From an uncultured virus (IMG/VR IMGVR_UViG_3300042358_000030) (lineage: Duplodnaviria; Heunggongvirae; Uroviricota; Caudoviricetes): 64,000 nt of DNA. The notes beneath the pieces were generated by a model. That model did no database searches, was not told where the DNA came from, and worked only from the letters and a program-made list of their open reading frames with translations. The translations under genes and the position numbers were made by a program. Positions 1 to 10,834 of this stretch are shown here, one piece after another. Position 1 is the stretch's first letter. Each line of letters begins with the position of its first letter. The DNA lies in IMG/VR virus record IMGVR_UViG_3300042358_000030, positions 1 through 64,000 of that record, one strand, 5' to 3'.

Positions 1-39
1 GTGTTTAACGCTAGTGATTTTGTAATCCTAAATATTTAA
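1..39 (+). CDS. 3' end of an upstream gene (...VFNASDFVILNI*), possibly a gp25-like baseplate protein
   Basis: Open frame from base 1 to TAA at 37-39, just before the baseplate wedge gene; identity inferred from position only. Confidence 0.3.
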   Translation: MFNASDFVILNI

Positions 40-44
40 AGAAT

Positions 45-1883
45 ATGGCTAATAAAAAAATATCGTATACTACGAGAGACTTCCAATCAATTAGAACTGA
101 ATTAATAAACTTCACTAGAACTTATTACCCAGAGTTAGTTGATAACTTTAATGATGCGAGTGTATTCTCAGTATTATTAGATTTAAATGCTGCGGTTACG
201 GATAACCTTCAATTTAATATTGATAGAAGTATTCAGGAAACTGTATTACAATATGCACAACAAAGGTCTTCAGTTTTTAATATTGCCAAGACTTATGGAT
301 TAAAAGTTCCGGGTCAAAGACCATCAGTTGCTTTGGTTGATTTTTCAATAACAGTACCCGCTTTTGGTGATAAAGAAGATTTAAGATATTGTGGTATACT
401 ACGTAGAGGTTCTCAAGTAAGCGGTGCAGGTCAAGTATTTGAAACGGTTTATGATATTGATTTTTCATCGCCTTCAAATGCTGAAGGATTCCCTAATAGA
501 TTAAAAATACCAAATTTTGATTCAAATAATAAATTATTAAATTATACAATTACTAAACGAGAAACTGTTGTTAATGGAATTACCAAAGTTTTTAAAAGAG
601 TTATTACAGCAAATGATGTAAAACCATTTTTTGAATTATTTTTACCTGAAAAAACTGTTTTAGGTGTAACTAGTGTATTATTAAAAGACGGTACTCAATA
701 TGCGAATGTCCCATCAAACCAAGAATTTTTAGGTGTTGATAACAGATGGTTAGAAGTACAAGCCTTGGCTCAAGATAGAGTTTTTATTGAAGACCCAACA
801 AAAGTTTCTGATAATCCCGGTATTAAAGTTGGTAGATATGTAACTACCGCAACTAAATTTATAACAGAATTTACTCCGGAAGGTTTTTTTAAAATGACTT
901 TTGGTGGTGGAACACAATCTGCGGATGAACAATTACGAGAATTTGCTCGAGACGGAAAACCTTTAAATTTATATAAATATTCAAATAACTTTGCGTTAGG
1001 TAGTACTTTAAAACCTAATACTACTTTATTTGTTCAGTATAGAATTGGTGGTGGTTCAGGAACTAATTTAGGTGTTGGTGTTATAACTCAAATAGGTACA
1101 GTTTCATTTTTTGTAAATGGTCCATCAGATTCTGTTAATACAACTGTGGTTAATTCATTGAGATGTAATAATGTTACTGCGGCAATTGGTGGGGCTAATT
1201 ATCCAACAACGGAAGAGGTTAGAAATTTAGTATCATATAACTTTACGGCTCAAAATAGAGCGGTTACAATAAATGATTATGAATCCATAATAAGAACAAT
1301 GCCATCTCAATTTGGGGCTCCTGCTAAAGTAGCGATAACTGAAGAAAATAATAAGATTAAAGTTCAAATGTTATCTTATGACGAAACAGGTAGATTAACT
1401 GAAATAGTTTCTAATACATTAAAAAATAATGTGGCGAATTATTTATCAAATTATAGAATGATTAATGATTACGTGTCAATTGAAAGTGCTAATGTTATTG
1501 ATTTAGCAATAAATGTTGATGTTGTGTTAGATAATTCACAAAATCAGGGTTCAATTATATCTCAAATAATTAATATAATTACTGATTATTTTGACCCAAC
1601 AAACCAAGAAATGGGTGAAAATGTTAATGTATCAGAATTAAGAAGATTAGTTCAAAGTGAAAATGGGGTTATTTCTGTTTCTGACATGACATTTTTTAAT
1701 AAAGTTGGGGGTCAATATTCTTCCTCTCAAACATCACAAAGATATATTGATTCGGAAACTAAACAAATTGAATTAGTTGATGATACAATTTTTGCCGAAC
1801 CAAGACAAGTGTATCAAGTTAGATATCCAAACAAAGATATTAATGTTAGAGTTAAAAATATTAAAACGGTTAATTTCTCTTAG
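45..1883 (+). CDS. Baseplate wedge subunit (T4 gp6 / baseplate J-like)
   Basis: N-terminal YTTRDFQSIRTEL, YRIGGG..N, and QNRAVTINDYE motifs typical of gp6/J proteins. Confidence 0.85.
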   Translation: MANKKISYTTRDFQSIRTELINFTRTYYPELVDNFNDASVFSVLLDLNAAVTDNLQFNIDRSIQETVLQYAQQRSSVFNIAKTYGLKVPGQRPSVALVDFSITVPAFGDKEDLRYCGILRRGSQVSGAGQVFETVYDIDFSSPSNAEGFPNRLKIPNFDSNNKLLNYTITKRETVVNGITKVFKRVITANDVKPFFELFLPEKTVLGVTSVLLKDGTQYANVPSNQEFLGVDNRWLEVQALAQDRVFIEDPTKVSDNPGIKVGRYVTTATKFITEFTPEGFFKMTFGGGTQSADEQLREFARDGKPLNLYKYSNNFALGSTLKPNTTLFVQYRIGGGSGTNLGVGVITQIGTVSFFVNGPSDSVNTTVVNSLRCNNVTAAIGGANYPTTEEVRNLVSYNFTAQNRAVTINDYESIIRTMPSQFGAPAKVAITEENNKIKVQMLSYDETGRLTEIVSNTLKNNVANYLSNYRMINDYVSIESANVIDLAINVDVVLDNSQNQGSIISQIINIITDYFDPTNQEMGENVNVSELRRLVQSENGVISVSDMTFFNKVGGQYSSSQTSQRYIDSETKQIELVDDTIFAEPRQVYQVRYPNKDINVRVKNIKTVNFS

Positions 1884-1937
1884 CAATTTATTTTAAAATT
1901 TATTGAATTATCCTTATTATTAATCAAACAAAATAAT

Positions 1938-2852
1938 ATGGATTATATTTTACAATTTTTAGACGCTATAAAAGGTAATAATGGTACTTGGATTCAAGCT
2001 ATCGTTATTAGTTTAATTTTACATATTAGACTTTGGATAGGAATACCATTTTTTATACATTATTTAATAATTGTTATTAAAAACAAAACAAATATTAAAA
2101 TATTCCCAACATTAATGTGTATTTTTTTTATGACCTTGATTGGGTATGAATCTACAAACATTTATAGTGATAGACAATCTGAGACTAAAAAATATAACAT
2201 AGAACATGTTAAAAAAACTACAAATAATTTAATTATAGTGATACAAGGGGTTAATAATCCATTTAAGGATTTTATCTCTAAAAACAAAACTCAAGTTGAC
2301 GTTACAAATTCTCGTGATGAAAATGGGTTGGGATATATTAAATCAAAAAATTTTACAAAAGATACTCAAGTTTTAACTTATGTGAGTTCACATAGTGAAA
2401 ACTTAACACCTGAAGATGTTTATAGTGTGATTTATTACTACAAGTTATTTAATCCAAATGGGAAAGTTATTATGGTTGGACATAGTATTGGAGGATACAA
2501 TGTTATTCAAGTTGTAAGTGAATTGAAAAAACAAAAAATTAATATTGATTTGACTATTTTAATTGACCCGGCAAATAAAAAAGAAAACAATGTTGACTAT
2601 AATATCCCTACAAATATAAATAGATTAATTAATTTAACTTCAACTGAATATAGTGATGAGTTCATATTTTTTACAAATTCAGGGGGTAAATCAACATCGT
2701 CAAATAATGTGAATTATGTTAACATTGAAATAAAAAATACTACACATACTACTATTGATAATGTTACTTATCTTAAAATTAATCAATTATTAAAAGATTT
2801 TATTGAAAAAGGGGTTAATCCGATAAGTGAGATTAAGAAATATAAGTTTTAA
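1938..2852 (+). CDS. Membrane-anchored alpha/beta hydrolase (lipase/esterase-like)
   Basis: GHSIGG nucleophile elbow (GxSxG), LIDP and a C-terminal THTTID His; hydrophobic N-terminal helices. Confidence 0.65.
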   Translation: MDYILQFLDAIKGNNGTWIQAIVISLILHIRLWIGIPFFIHYLIIVIKNKTNIKIFPTLMCIFFMTLIGYESTNIYSDRQSETKKYNIEHVKKTTNNLIIVIQGVNNPFKDFISKNKTQVDVTNSRDENGLGYIKSKNFTKDTQVLTYVSSHSENLTPEDVYSVIYYYKLFNPNGKVIMVGHSIGGYNVIQVVSELKKQKINIDLTILIDPANKKENNVDYNIPTNINRLINLTSTEYSDEFIFFTNSGGKSTSSNNVNYVNIEIKNTTHTTIDNVTYLKINQLLKDFIEKGVNPISEIKKYKF

Positions 2853-2926
2853 TCATAATTTATTTTATTAAATAATGAATTATCTTTTGAAAATAGTATA
2901 TAAACTATTTATTAAAAAAGATTATT

Positions 2927-5900
2927 ATGTCCAATTCATTTAGAATAAGAACTGAGCCTGGTGTTGATAAATCACTTAATGTCTTGATAGACCAAGAATT
3001 TGAGTATTTAGAAATATTATCTCTAAAAATATTACAAAGTCAAATTTACACTAGACAATGCTCTGATTACGGAGTACTTGTTGGTAGAGTTAGTGTTAAT
3101 AATGGTTTTGGTATCCCAAATGCTAAAGTTTCAATATTTGTACCATTAGATAGTACTGATGAATTAGACCCCGTAATTTCCGAGTTATATCCATATAAAT
3201 CACTTTCCGACCTTAATGATGACGGATATCGTTATAATTTATTACCTTATACACAATCCCATAGTGGTCATATACCAACAGGAACTTTTTTCACTAGAAA
3301 AGATGTGTTAGTTGACCCAACATTAATCCAAGTTTATGATAAGTACTATAAATTTTCCACAGTAACTAATACAAGTGGTGATTATATGATATTTGGATTA
3401 CCAACCGGTAGTCAAACAATTGTTGTTGATATTGATTTATCGGATATTGGTGAATTTTCATTATCGCCTCAAGATTTAATAAGAATGGGTATTGCAACAC
3501 CATCACAAGTTGCGGGCGTTACATTTAAATCATCGACAAATTTAAGAAGTTTACCTCAAATTGTTACAATTAATAGAACAGTTGAAGTTGAACCTTTATG
3601 GGGGCAACCTCAAATATGTAATTTAGGGATTACAAGAACTGATTTTGATTTGTCATCTGAAGCAGGGATTGACATTAATCCTACAGCTATTTTTATGGGT
3701 TCCATAGTTTCTACAACTGATGATGATGCTTTAAAACGAACCTGTCAAGTTAGGGGTAATGCGGGTTATTTATGTAGTTTAACAACGGGTCCCGGAGAAA
3801 TTTTAGGTATACGTCAAACAATATTCCAAGATGAATATGGTAGACCAATATTGGAATCTTTTGATTTAGATGAGGGTGGTAAAGTAATTGATTCAAATGG
3901 GACATGGTTAATTGATATCCCAATGAATTTGGATTATTACATTACAAATGAATTTGGTGAACAAGTTTTATCAAACGACCCTAAAAAAGGTGTTCCAACA
4001 AGAGCCAAATGTCGTTTTAAAGTAAAATGGGACCAGTCACCATCATTATCAGAACAAATTAAAAGAGGTTACTTTATTGTACCAAATGTTAGAGAACATG
4101 GGTGGACTAGTAGTGGTTCAGACCCATTGAGTGATTCTAATAGAGCATTAAATTCACCGTATGACTTGGCTATGAAATCATACGCGTTTAGTTTAGATTG
4201 GGCTGATTATGGATATACAGGTACGTCTAATAGTAGTGGTGCAAATATTGGTCGTCAAATGATTCAAGAGGCGATTGATTGTGACGATAAATTTTATGTA
4301 ATGCAATACAATAAAGTTTATACGGTATCTCAGTTAGTTGATAAATTTAGAAAAGGTATAACACCTGATAGATTTATTGGGATTAAAAATATATTAGATG
4401 ATAGTTGTAATAGTGAAAACAACAAATTTCCAACAAACGATTCCAATATGAGATTTGATATAATTTATATTTTATACTCATTTTTAATGATGGTATTTAG
4501 ACCCGTACTGTATGGATTATTAATAACTATGCACTTATTATATTTTACAATAATGTTGCTTAGAATATTAGTGATACCTGCGTTAATACTTTATTATACT
4601 GTACAAATAATTAATACGGCAATTTTAGTTGTTGGAACGGTACCATATGCGTTAGGTTTAATTGTTGGGTATCTTCTTCAAATTATTCTTTATATATTAC
4701 TTATTGCGGCTTTTGTTATTATATTAAAGGAATTATGGAAGATGGATTTAAAAGGTATTTCATTGCCTATGTTGACTTATCCGGATTGTGATTTATGCGA
4801 TTGTTCTGTTGGTCAAACACCAAGTACTGAAGGTACTGTGAGTGAAGATGCCACGGCTTCCGTTTCAGATATTTCAGGTGATTCAACTGAGGAATTTCCT
4901 TGTCCGTATATATATCTTGACCCTAAACCGGATAATGCGTTATCGTCATCTTTAGTTTTGTTAGGTGTTAGTAGTCCTTTATATAAAATTCCAGGTAATT
5001 CAGTAGAATCTTATATAAAAAATGCTGTTACATCAATATATTCAGGTAAAATACCTGCTGGTGATAGCGATAATAGTGTTGGTATTCCCAAAGTACAGGA
5101 AATAGTTTATGAACTTAATGGTAGTCAAGAAAATGATTATATATTTTCATCTAATTTAACTTTGGCGGAAAGAATAAATTTATTTAATACAAAAGCGAAA
5201 TATTTTGATAACTCACCTGGCGTAAATCCGGGAGGTGGTGTTAATAGAATAAAAGTGACATTTGACCCAGATAATAATCCACCAACTCAAACTACTAATT
5301 TTCATTATGATAACACTATAGTCATTTTATGTGATAAAAATAGTTTAAGTAGTTTAAGTGTTGGTCAAATGATTTCATTCCAAAATCCTACATTAACCAA
5401 AGATATTAATTTATTTAGTGGTGTAACAAATTCTTATGGTAATCAAGCGATTAGTGGATTTACATCAACAGGAATGACTCAGGTTTCTTTCTATTATGCT
5501 AACCCTAATCTCGCGGGGACACCTGTACAGATTAATTATAATGTTATGTTAACAGGTTCAACGGAATTTACTGGTACAACAAATGGTTATAATAATTATT
5601 ATAAATTCCCGATGGATTTGGAGTATTTCCAAGTTATAACAGGTATGACTTATTCTGAATTTAGTGGTCAATGTGGGACATCAATACCTAATTCTCTTAA
5701 TGAACGATTTTTATTTAATGAAATGTTTCTTCAAAGATGGGCAGGTGGAGGTCAAATAACTCCGGGTTGTTGGGTTGGTGATTACACTAAAGATGGTAGT
5801 CAAGATTTTCCGATATTAAAAAAACCAATAAATTATTTAAAAGACCCTGACCAACAATGTGTTTTAATCTTAAATAGAGGTGTTGACCCTAATGTACCGA

Positions 5901-8215
5901 GAGTAAAAATTAGATACGATTTAAATATTTTATTTGGTAAAAATTTAGGAAGTGACCCATCATTAATTATTGAAGGGAATTATAAAATGAATTATCCAAT
6001 TCAGGGTAAATTTAAGAATGTAAGTCACGATGAAAATAATTTACCAAATAATTTAGCGACAGATTCATATTCTGGGGAAAAATTATATTTCGATACGTTT
6101 GATTTTACAGCGGACACCCCTTCATTTTCATCATTTACATCACCATTATTTAGTTATTATTCTAAATTAGATAACAATGCGTTAACTTATAAACCAAGTT
6201 GTCCTCCACCTCCGAATGGTCTTGAAGACCCATTACCAGTTTCTTATGGTGCTCAAGCAAGTAGTGTATATGGTTTAAACGTTATTGGTCAAAATGATTT
6301 TACAAAGGAATGGAATGCTCCTGTAACGGTGAATATATATCCTTATCCTAGCTCGCCAGAATGTACATCTTATAACCCTGTAAGTAATGGTAATGGTTCA
6401 GATACTAATACAAATAGAGGTTATTATGTTGGAGAAATAGTTGAAGGTGGGTCGTTGGCGTATATGAGATTAACTGTTGGTCTACCAACAAATTATAGTT
6501 ATGATTGGACAGGTAATTATTTTGCACCAATATATGATACAACAGGAAATACTTTAACTTATATATTAACGTCAAACGATAATAATAGAATGGTTATGAG
6601 GTCGGATAGATTACCGACCTCAACTACTGTTGAACAAACTTGTTGTAATGGATTTTCGTTACAACATAATTCATCTTTTATGATGTATGATATTCCTGAT
6701 GAAGGTTTAGTGGGTATTGATACAGCTGTTAGTGCGGCATCTACAGGTGGGGGAGGAGCATCCCAAGATTTAACGGGGGATACTCAAAATTTCACAAATA
6801 GTGTTATTGATTCATTTACTTGTAGTGGGTCTGTACCATTAGAGTGTTATGGGGATGATGGTAATGGTAATATTGTAATAAATCATGGTGGGTGTGAAGA
6901 ATATAATGGAGAAACAATCTTTCAAGGAGGTTGTTATATTGTTGTAACAACAGTTTTTGTTTCATTACTTCGAGATTTTGGTTTATTAACTGAGTGGATA
7001 TCTAGAAGTAGTATTAATCTTGGTGCGTGTAGAAATGTTTGGTCACATATATTTGCAAATAATTGGATAAATGGTACTTTATACGCGTATTCCTTCCATA
7101 ATGACGTTACGTATGGTAGCCCATTTGGGAACCAACCAAATGTTCCAAATAGTGAATTTTGTACAGATACGTTAGTGTTACACCCAACTAATAATTTTTA
7201 TTATAGATGTAGTCCATATAAAGATTCTACAGGTATTTTTATTGGTAAAGATAGACCATCATCTTCTAGTTTTAGTAATGCTCAAGGAGATAATTTTAAT
7301 TATTTATTAACTCCAACAACTTTAATTGATTTAGGACCAAGAAGTGCTTATTTACAAGAATTAGTTATGTCGGACGCATACGATGGGTATGTTGCAAATA
7401 AATTATCGACAACTACGTATGGTAATGTGACAGAAATATTAAATTTATTGATTATTAGTCGATTAATAAATAAAAGTTTTATTGACCAAATGTTACAATT
7501 TTTAGTAGGGTCTAATATTACGGCATATTTTAGTCGTGTTAAATACAAAGTTGATGGTGATTATTCTCAATTGATTTCAATCAATTCAGAACTTGGGGTA
7601 TCTCCTTTTGAATCTTTAAATTATCCTGATAATCCATTTCCTCAACAAAATCCTGTTTATTGGAATGGATTTGCTTCGGATAGTGCGGTTATAGGGATTT
7701 TCTTTAGTTCGGATACTCAAACTAGAGATTTTATTACACCAAAAAGAACGATTGTTGATAATACTGTACCAGCCAATTCGCCTTGTGGGTTTAGTTATTT
7801 TGATGCGTTTAGTCAAACAGTTCCATTCTATCAATGGAGAATTGAAGAATTGTCAAGTAAACCGTCAATATTTGGAAAAGAAGATAATGGTTGGAATACA
7901 GACCCAATTAATGGTGATGGTAGTTTTCTTTCGTTAAAATATCAATCAATGGATAGAATAGAAACAACATCAAGATATTTTAGAGGTACGGCAAATAATT
8001 CATCTGAAACTAATTATTATAAAGGTTATATATTCGCGGTTAACAATCTCGGTCAAATAGATGAAAATATTTCAAATTGGGATAAAAATAATCCGGAACC
8101 AGACTCAGTAACTGTTGGGGCTCCGTTTCATTTTTACTTTGGTTTAAAGAAAGGTGCGTCTGCGTTTGATAGGTTTACAACTAAATGGATTGATACAACA
8201 ACATTTGTTAATTAA
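2927..8215 (+). CDS. Large virion/baseplate-associated protein with an internal hydrophobic segment
   Basis: 1762 aa in the baseplate cluster; N-terminal GRV..NNGFGIPNAKVSIF beta-sandwich-like start; about 95 aa hydrophobic stretch. Confidence 0.6.
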   Translation: MSNSFRIRTEPGVDKSLNVLIDQEFEYLEILSLKILQSQIYTRQCSDYGVLVGRVSVNNGFGIPNAKVSIFVPLDSTDELDPVISELYPYKSLSDLNDDGYRYNLLPYTQSHSGHIPTGTFFTRKDVLVDPTLIQVYDKYYKFSTVTNTSGDYMIFGLPTGSQTIVVDIDLSDIGEFSLSPQDLIRMGIATPSQVAGVTFKSSTNLRSLPQIVTINRTVEVEPLWGQPQICNLGITRTDFDLSSEAGIDINPTAIFMGSIVSTTDDDALKRTCQVRGNAGYLCSLTTGPGEILGIRQTIFQDEYGRPILESFDLDEGGKVIDSNGTWLIDIPMNLDYYITNEFGEQVLSNDPKKGVPTRAKCRFKVKWDQSPSLSEQIKRGYFIVPNVREHGWTSSGSDPLSDSNRALNSPYDLAMKSYAFSLDWADYGYTGTSNSSGANIGRQMIQEAIDCDDKFYVMQYNKVYTVSQLVDKFRKGITPDRFIGIKNILDDSCNSENNKFPTNDSNMRFDIIYILYSFLMMVFRPVLYGLLITMHLLYFTIMLLRILVIPALILYYTVQIINTAILVVGTVPYALGLIVGYLLQIILYILLIAAFVIILKELWKMDLKGISLPMLTYPDCDLCDCSVGQTPSTEGTVSEDATASVSDISGDSTEEFPCPYIYLDPKPDNALSSSLVLLGVSSPLYKIPGNSVESYIKNAVTSIYSGKIPAGDSDNSVGIPKVQEIVYELNGSQENDYIFSSNLTLAERINLFNTKAKYFDNSPGVNPGGGVNRIKVTFDPDNNPPTQTTNFHYDNTIVILCDKNSLSSLSVGQMISFQNPTLTKDINLFSGVTNSYGNQAISGFTSTGMTQVSFYYANPNLAGTPVQINYNVMLTGSTEFTGTTNGYNNYYKFPMDLEYFQVITGMTYSEFSGQCGTSIPNSLNERFLFNEMFLQRWAGGGQITPGCWVGDYTKDGSQDFPILKKPINYLKDPDQQCVLILNRGVDPNVPRVKIRYDLNILFGKNLGSDPSLIIEGNYKMNYPIQGKFKNVSHDENNLPNNLATDSYSGEKLYFDTFDFTADTPSFSSFTSPLFSYYSKLDNNALTYKPSCPPPPNGLEDPLPVSYGAQASSVYGLNVIGQNDFTKEWNAPVTVNIYPYPSSPECTSYNPVSNGNGSDTNTNRGYYVGEIVEGGSLAYMRLTVGLPTNYSYDWTGNYFAPIYDTTGNTLTYILTSNDNNRMVMRSDRLPTSTTVEQTCCNGFSLQHNSSFMMYDIPDEGLVGIDTAVSAASTGGGGASQDLTGDTQNFTNSVIDSFTCSGSVPLECYGDDGNGNIVINHGGCEEYNGETIFQGGCYIVVTTVFVSLLRDFGLLTEWISRSSINLGACRNVWSHIFANNWINGTLYAYSFHNDVTYGSPFGNQPNVPNSEFCTDTLVLHPTNNFYYRCSPYKDSTGIFIGKDRPSSSSFSNAQGDNFNYLLTPTTLIDLGPRSAYLQELVMSDAYDGYVANKLSTTTYGNVTEILNLLIISRLINKSFIDQMLQFLVGSNITAYFSRVKYKVDGDYSQLISINSELGVSPFESLNYPDNPFPQQNPVYWNGFASDSAVIGIFFSSDTQTRDFITPKRTIVDNTVPANSPCGFSYFDAFSQTVPFYQWRIEELSSKPSIFGKEDNGWNTDPINGDGSFLSLKYQSMDRIETTSRYFRGTANNSSETNYYKGYIFAVNNLGQIDENISNWDKNNPEPDSVTVGAPFHFYFGLKKGASAFDRFTTKWIDTTTFVN

Positions 8216-8217
8216 TT

Positions 8218-10041
8218 ATGGGTAATAGAATAGATACAAGAGTAATTTTAGGTTCATTAAGGTATAAGTCGGCTCCGGATACTAATCTGATGTTTAATGT
8301 ACCTTTAGTACAAACAGCGCAACAAAATGTTGAGTTTGATAGGAATATTGATGTGAATTTAGAACAAGTGTTTGATGATGAAAGACAAAAATCTGATATA
8401 TTTAGACCTACATGTAAATTTTCCGTGTTATTTAATAATTCGTACACCGGATTTACAAATTATGTTCCGTTAGAAAATAATTTGTATTATGTAAATGAGG
8501 TGGCAGCGGCAAAGGCAAATTGTCCCATAGACCCAAAGATTGCGTGGACAGGATTCCCCCAATATCATGAATTTGATTTTATTAGAAGTGATTACAATGT
8601 TTCGGGTTATACTGTTTTGGATGTTAGTGGTTATAGTCATGTTAATTTTGTAAGCAAAAGTGCTTCAACATATAATTGGAATCATTTTATAAGTTATCCT
8701 TTTGAAAATGATTATAACCAACAATTAGAGGCAATTGAGAAAAAAACAACTGAAACTTTAACTTGGGTGGCATCGTCCGGTATACCATTTATCATTGAAA
8801 ACGATGAAAATAATGGACAAAATATTGTGGCATTTAGATGTCCGGTTAAACATGGTTTAACTGCGGGTGAATCGGTTAAGTTAAATTTTTCATACAATAA
8901 TAATGACACTTTTACAGTATATTCATTAGGCGATGGGTTTGCGGGTAGTGATTTATATATTTTTAATATTTTTAATGTTGGATTTACAGGTACAACATTT
9001 GATGATGGTGTTGAGGGTACGTTTAAAAGAGTTATTAATTCAGATAATCCTAATGATACTACATCAATGTATTATGTTAGAAAACATAAGATTTTAACTA
9101 ATGTTGATGATGCGGTTTTAGTTAACGCGGGATTTGACCAAAATATTTTTGGTATTAAGAAAAAATATGAAAGTAGTGGTTATACACCTAACAGAATTTC
9201 GAGAGTTTCAATAAAGGAAGGTTCACAAAATTACACATTATCTTTTAGTAAAGATATTAAAATAAATCCATTATTAGACAATTTACAACGACCAATTACA
9301 GAGTTATTTTTTACAACTATTTGGAAAGGTTATTTCGGATTAACTCTTGGAAGACCAAAAGGTGCTGGATTAGGGTATTATGGTTTAAAACAAGGTTATG
9401 AGTTTAATTTACCTTTAGACCCTGTAACTAAACTACCATCTGTTTGGTGGGGTGATAATAACTCAAAATCAAACACTAATTTTCCTTTAGGTACTTATCA
9501 AACACCATTGGGGGTTTTGTTATCGCCAGCTGGTCAAAAAATTAATTTTACATATGTTTTACCATTAAAAGAAGGTGATACGTTAGACGGTGATTATTGT
9601 GAATGGAATAATTTTGAACAAACTGAAAGAGTTATTTCAAAATTGTACCATAAAATCACATATAATCCACAAGTGTTTAATATAGGAACACCAAAACCTG
9701 CGGGACTTAATATGTCATCAGGTAATCCTTATGGTTATTATTATCAACCTCATCAAGGTTTAACTATTAGGTCTTTTTCTCCGTATGTTGAAGAAGGTAA
9801 TAAGAAAAATGTTGTTGATGTTCCGAATTATTCGTATTTCTCGTCAAGTAAAGATGCCTTCTTGTGGAAAGATTTATATAGTTATGGTTATATAGATTCG
9901 GATAATGTTGGAGTTAATTATCCATTTTTAAATGGTGTTCATTATCCAAATGAGACAATTATTTTTAGAATAATACCGGAAGGAACTAATTATAGTGAAC
10001 AAAACATAACCGCAGAACCAATAATAGACGATTGTGAGTAA
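8218..10041 (+). CDS. Putative virion structural protein
   Basis: 607 aa ORF tightly coupled within the baseplate operon. Confidence 0.6.
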   Translation: MGNRIDTRVILGSLRYKSAPDTNLMFNVPLVQTAQQNVEFDRNIDVNLEQVFDDERQKSDIFRPTCKFSVLFNNSYTGFTNYVPLENNLYYVNEVAAAKANCPIDPKIAWTGFPQYHEFDFIRSDYNVSGYTVLDVSGYSHVNFVSKSASTYNWNHFISYPFENDYNQQLEAIEKKTTETLTWVASSGIPFIIENDENNGQNIVAFRCPVKHGLTAGESVKLNFSYNNNDTFTVYSLGDGFAGSDLYIFNIFNVGFTGTTFDDGVEGTFKRVINSDNPNDTTSMYYVRKHKILTNVDDAVLVNAGFDQNIFGIKKKYESSGYTPNRISRVSIKEGSQNYTLSFSKDIKINPLLDNLQRPITELFFTTIWKGYFGLTLGRPKGAGLGYYGLKQGYEFNLPLDPVTKLPSVWWGDNNSKSNTNFPLGTYQTPLGVLLSPAGQKINFTYVLPLKEGDTLDGDYCEWNNFEQTERVISKLYHKITYNPQVFNIGTPKPAGLNMSSGNPYGYYYQPHQGLTIRSFSPYVEEGNKKNVVDVPNYSYFSSSKDAFLWKDLYSYGYIDSDNVGVNYPFLNGVHYPNETIIFRIIPEGTNYSEQNITAEPIIDDCE

Positions 10042-10834
10042 TAAATTTAGATTTGTAATCCCAAATGATGAACAGTACATTCTTTTACCGATTGAACTTA
10101 AATGGGATATGTATGGTCAAGAAGATAGTATTGAACTTTATGAAGAGGATGTCATAAAGGAGATAATAGGTGTTGCTGAAGATTTTGAATTACTGAGGTT
10201 TTCACACGCACCATATGATAATGATACAAAAACTGACGTTAAATATGATTTTCATTTTTATAGTGGTAATCCTACTAATGTAACAACGGCGACTAATAAT
10301 GATTGGGTGACTAGTTATTTACCGGAAGGTTTTACTAAAACTGAAATTTACTATTTTGAAAAACCTTTTACCAAATCGTTTTTCAAATTAGATTTTTATG
10401 ATACGATGGATGGTAAATCTCAAACCAATTATTTCACAATAATTATACCGGTTCAACAGGGGTTTACGGAATTGGCTAATTTATCTCCATATATACCTGA
10501 TGTTTTAATTAAAAAGCCATCGTATAAATTAGATTTTGTTGGGGATAAAGAAGGGTTTTTCATTTATTGGTTAAAAAATGTTAAATTTTACAATTTAACA
10601 ACTTTTTACATGAGTGCAAAATTTTTTGATGGAAGATTAGGTGTTTATGTTAAAATGATGAAAGTACCGCAATCATCTCCATTGATTCCAAGTGTTTTTA
10701 ATTTTGAGTCGAAGTATTTTTATTATAAAGTAAATTTGGATTACGTTAATAAAACGTATGAGATTTTAGATGATTTAAATGTTAGAGCTGGAACGGCAAG
10801 TTCCATAAAATGGTATGAATATATTAATCCATAA
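10034..10834 (+). CDS. Putative virion structural protein
   Basis: 266 aa ORF overlapping both neighbours in the operon. Confidence 0.55.
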   Translation: MSNKFRFVIPNDEQYILLPIELKWDMYGQEDSIELYEEDVIKEIIGVAEDFELLRFSHAPYDNDTKTDVKYDFHFYSGNPTNVTTATNNDWVTSYLPEGFTKTEIYYFEKPFTKSFFKLDFYDTMDGKSQTNYFTIIIPVQQGFTELANLSPYIPDVLIKKPSYKLDFVGDKEGFFIYWLKNVKFYNLTTFYMSAKFFDGRLGVYVKMMKVPQSSPLIPSVFNFESKYFYYKVNLDYVNKTYEILDDLNVRAGTASSIKWYEYINP

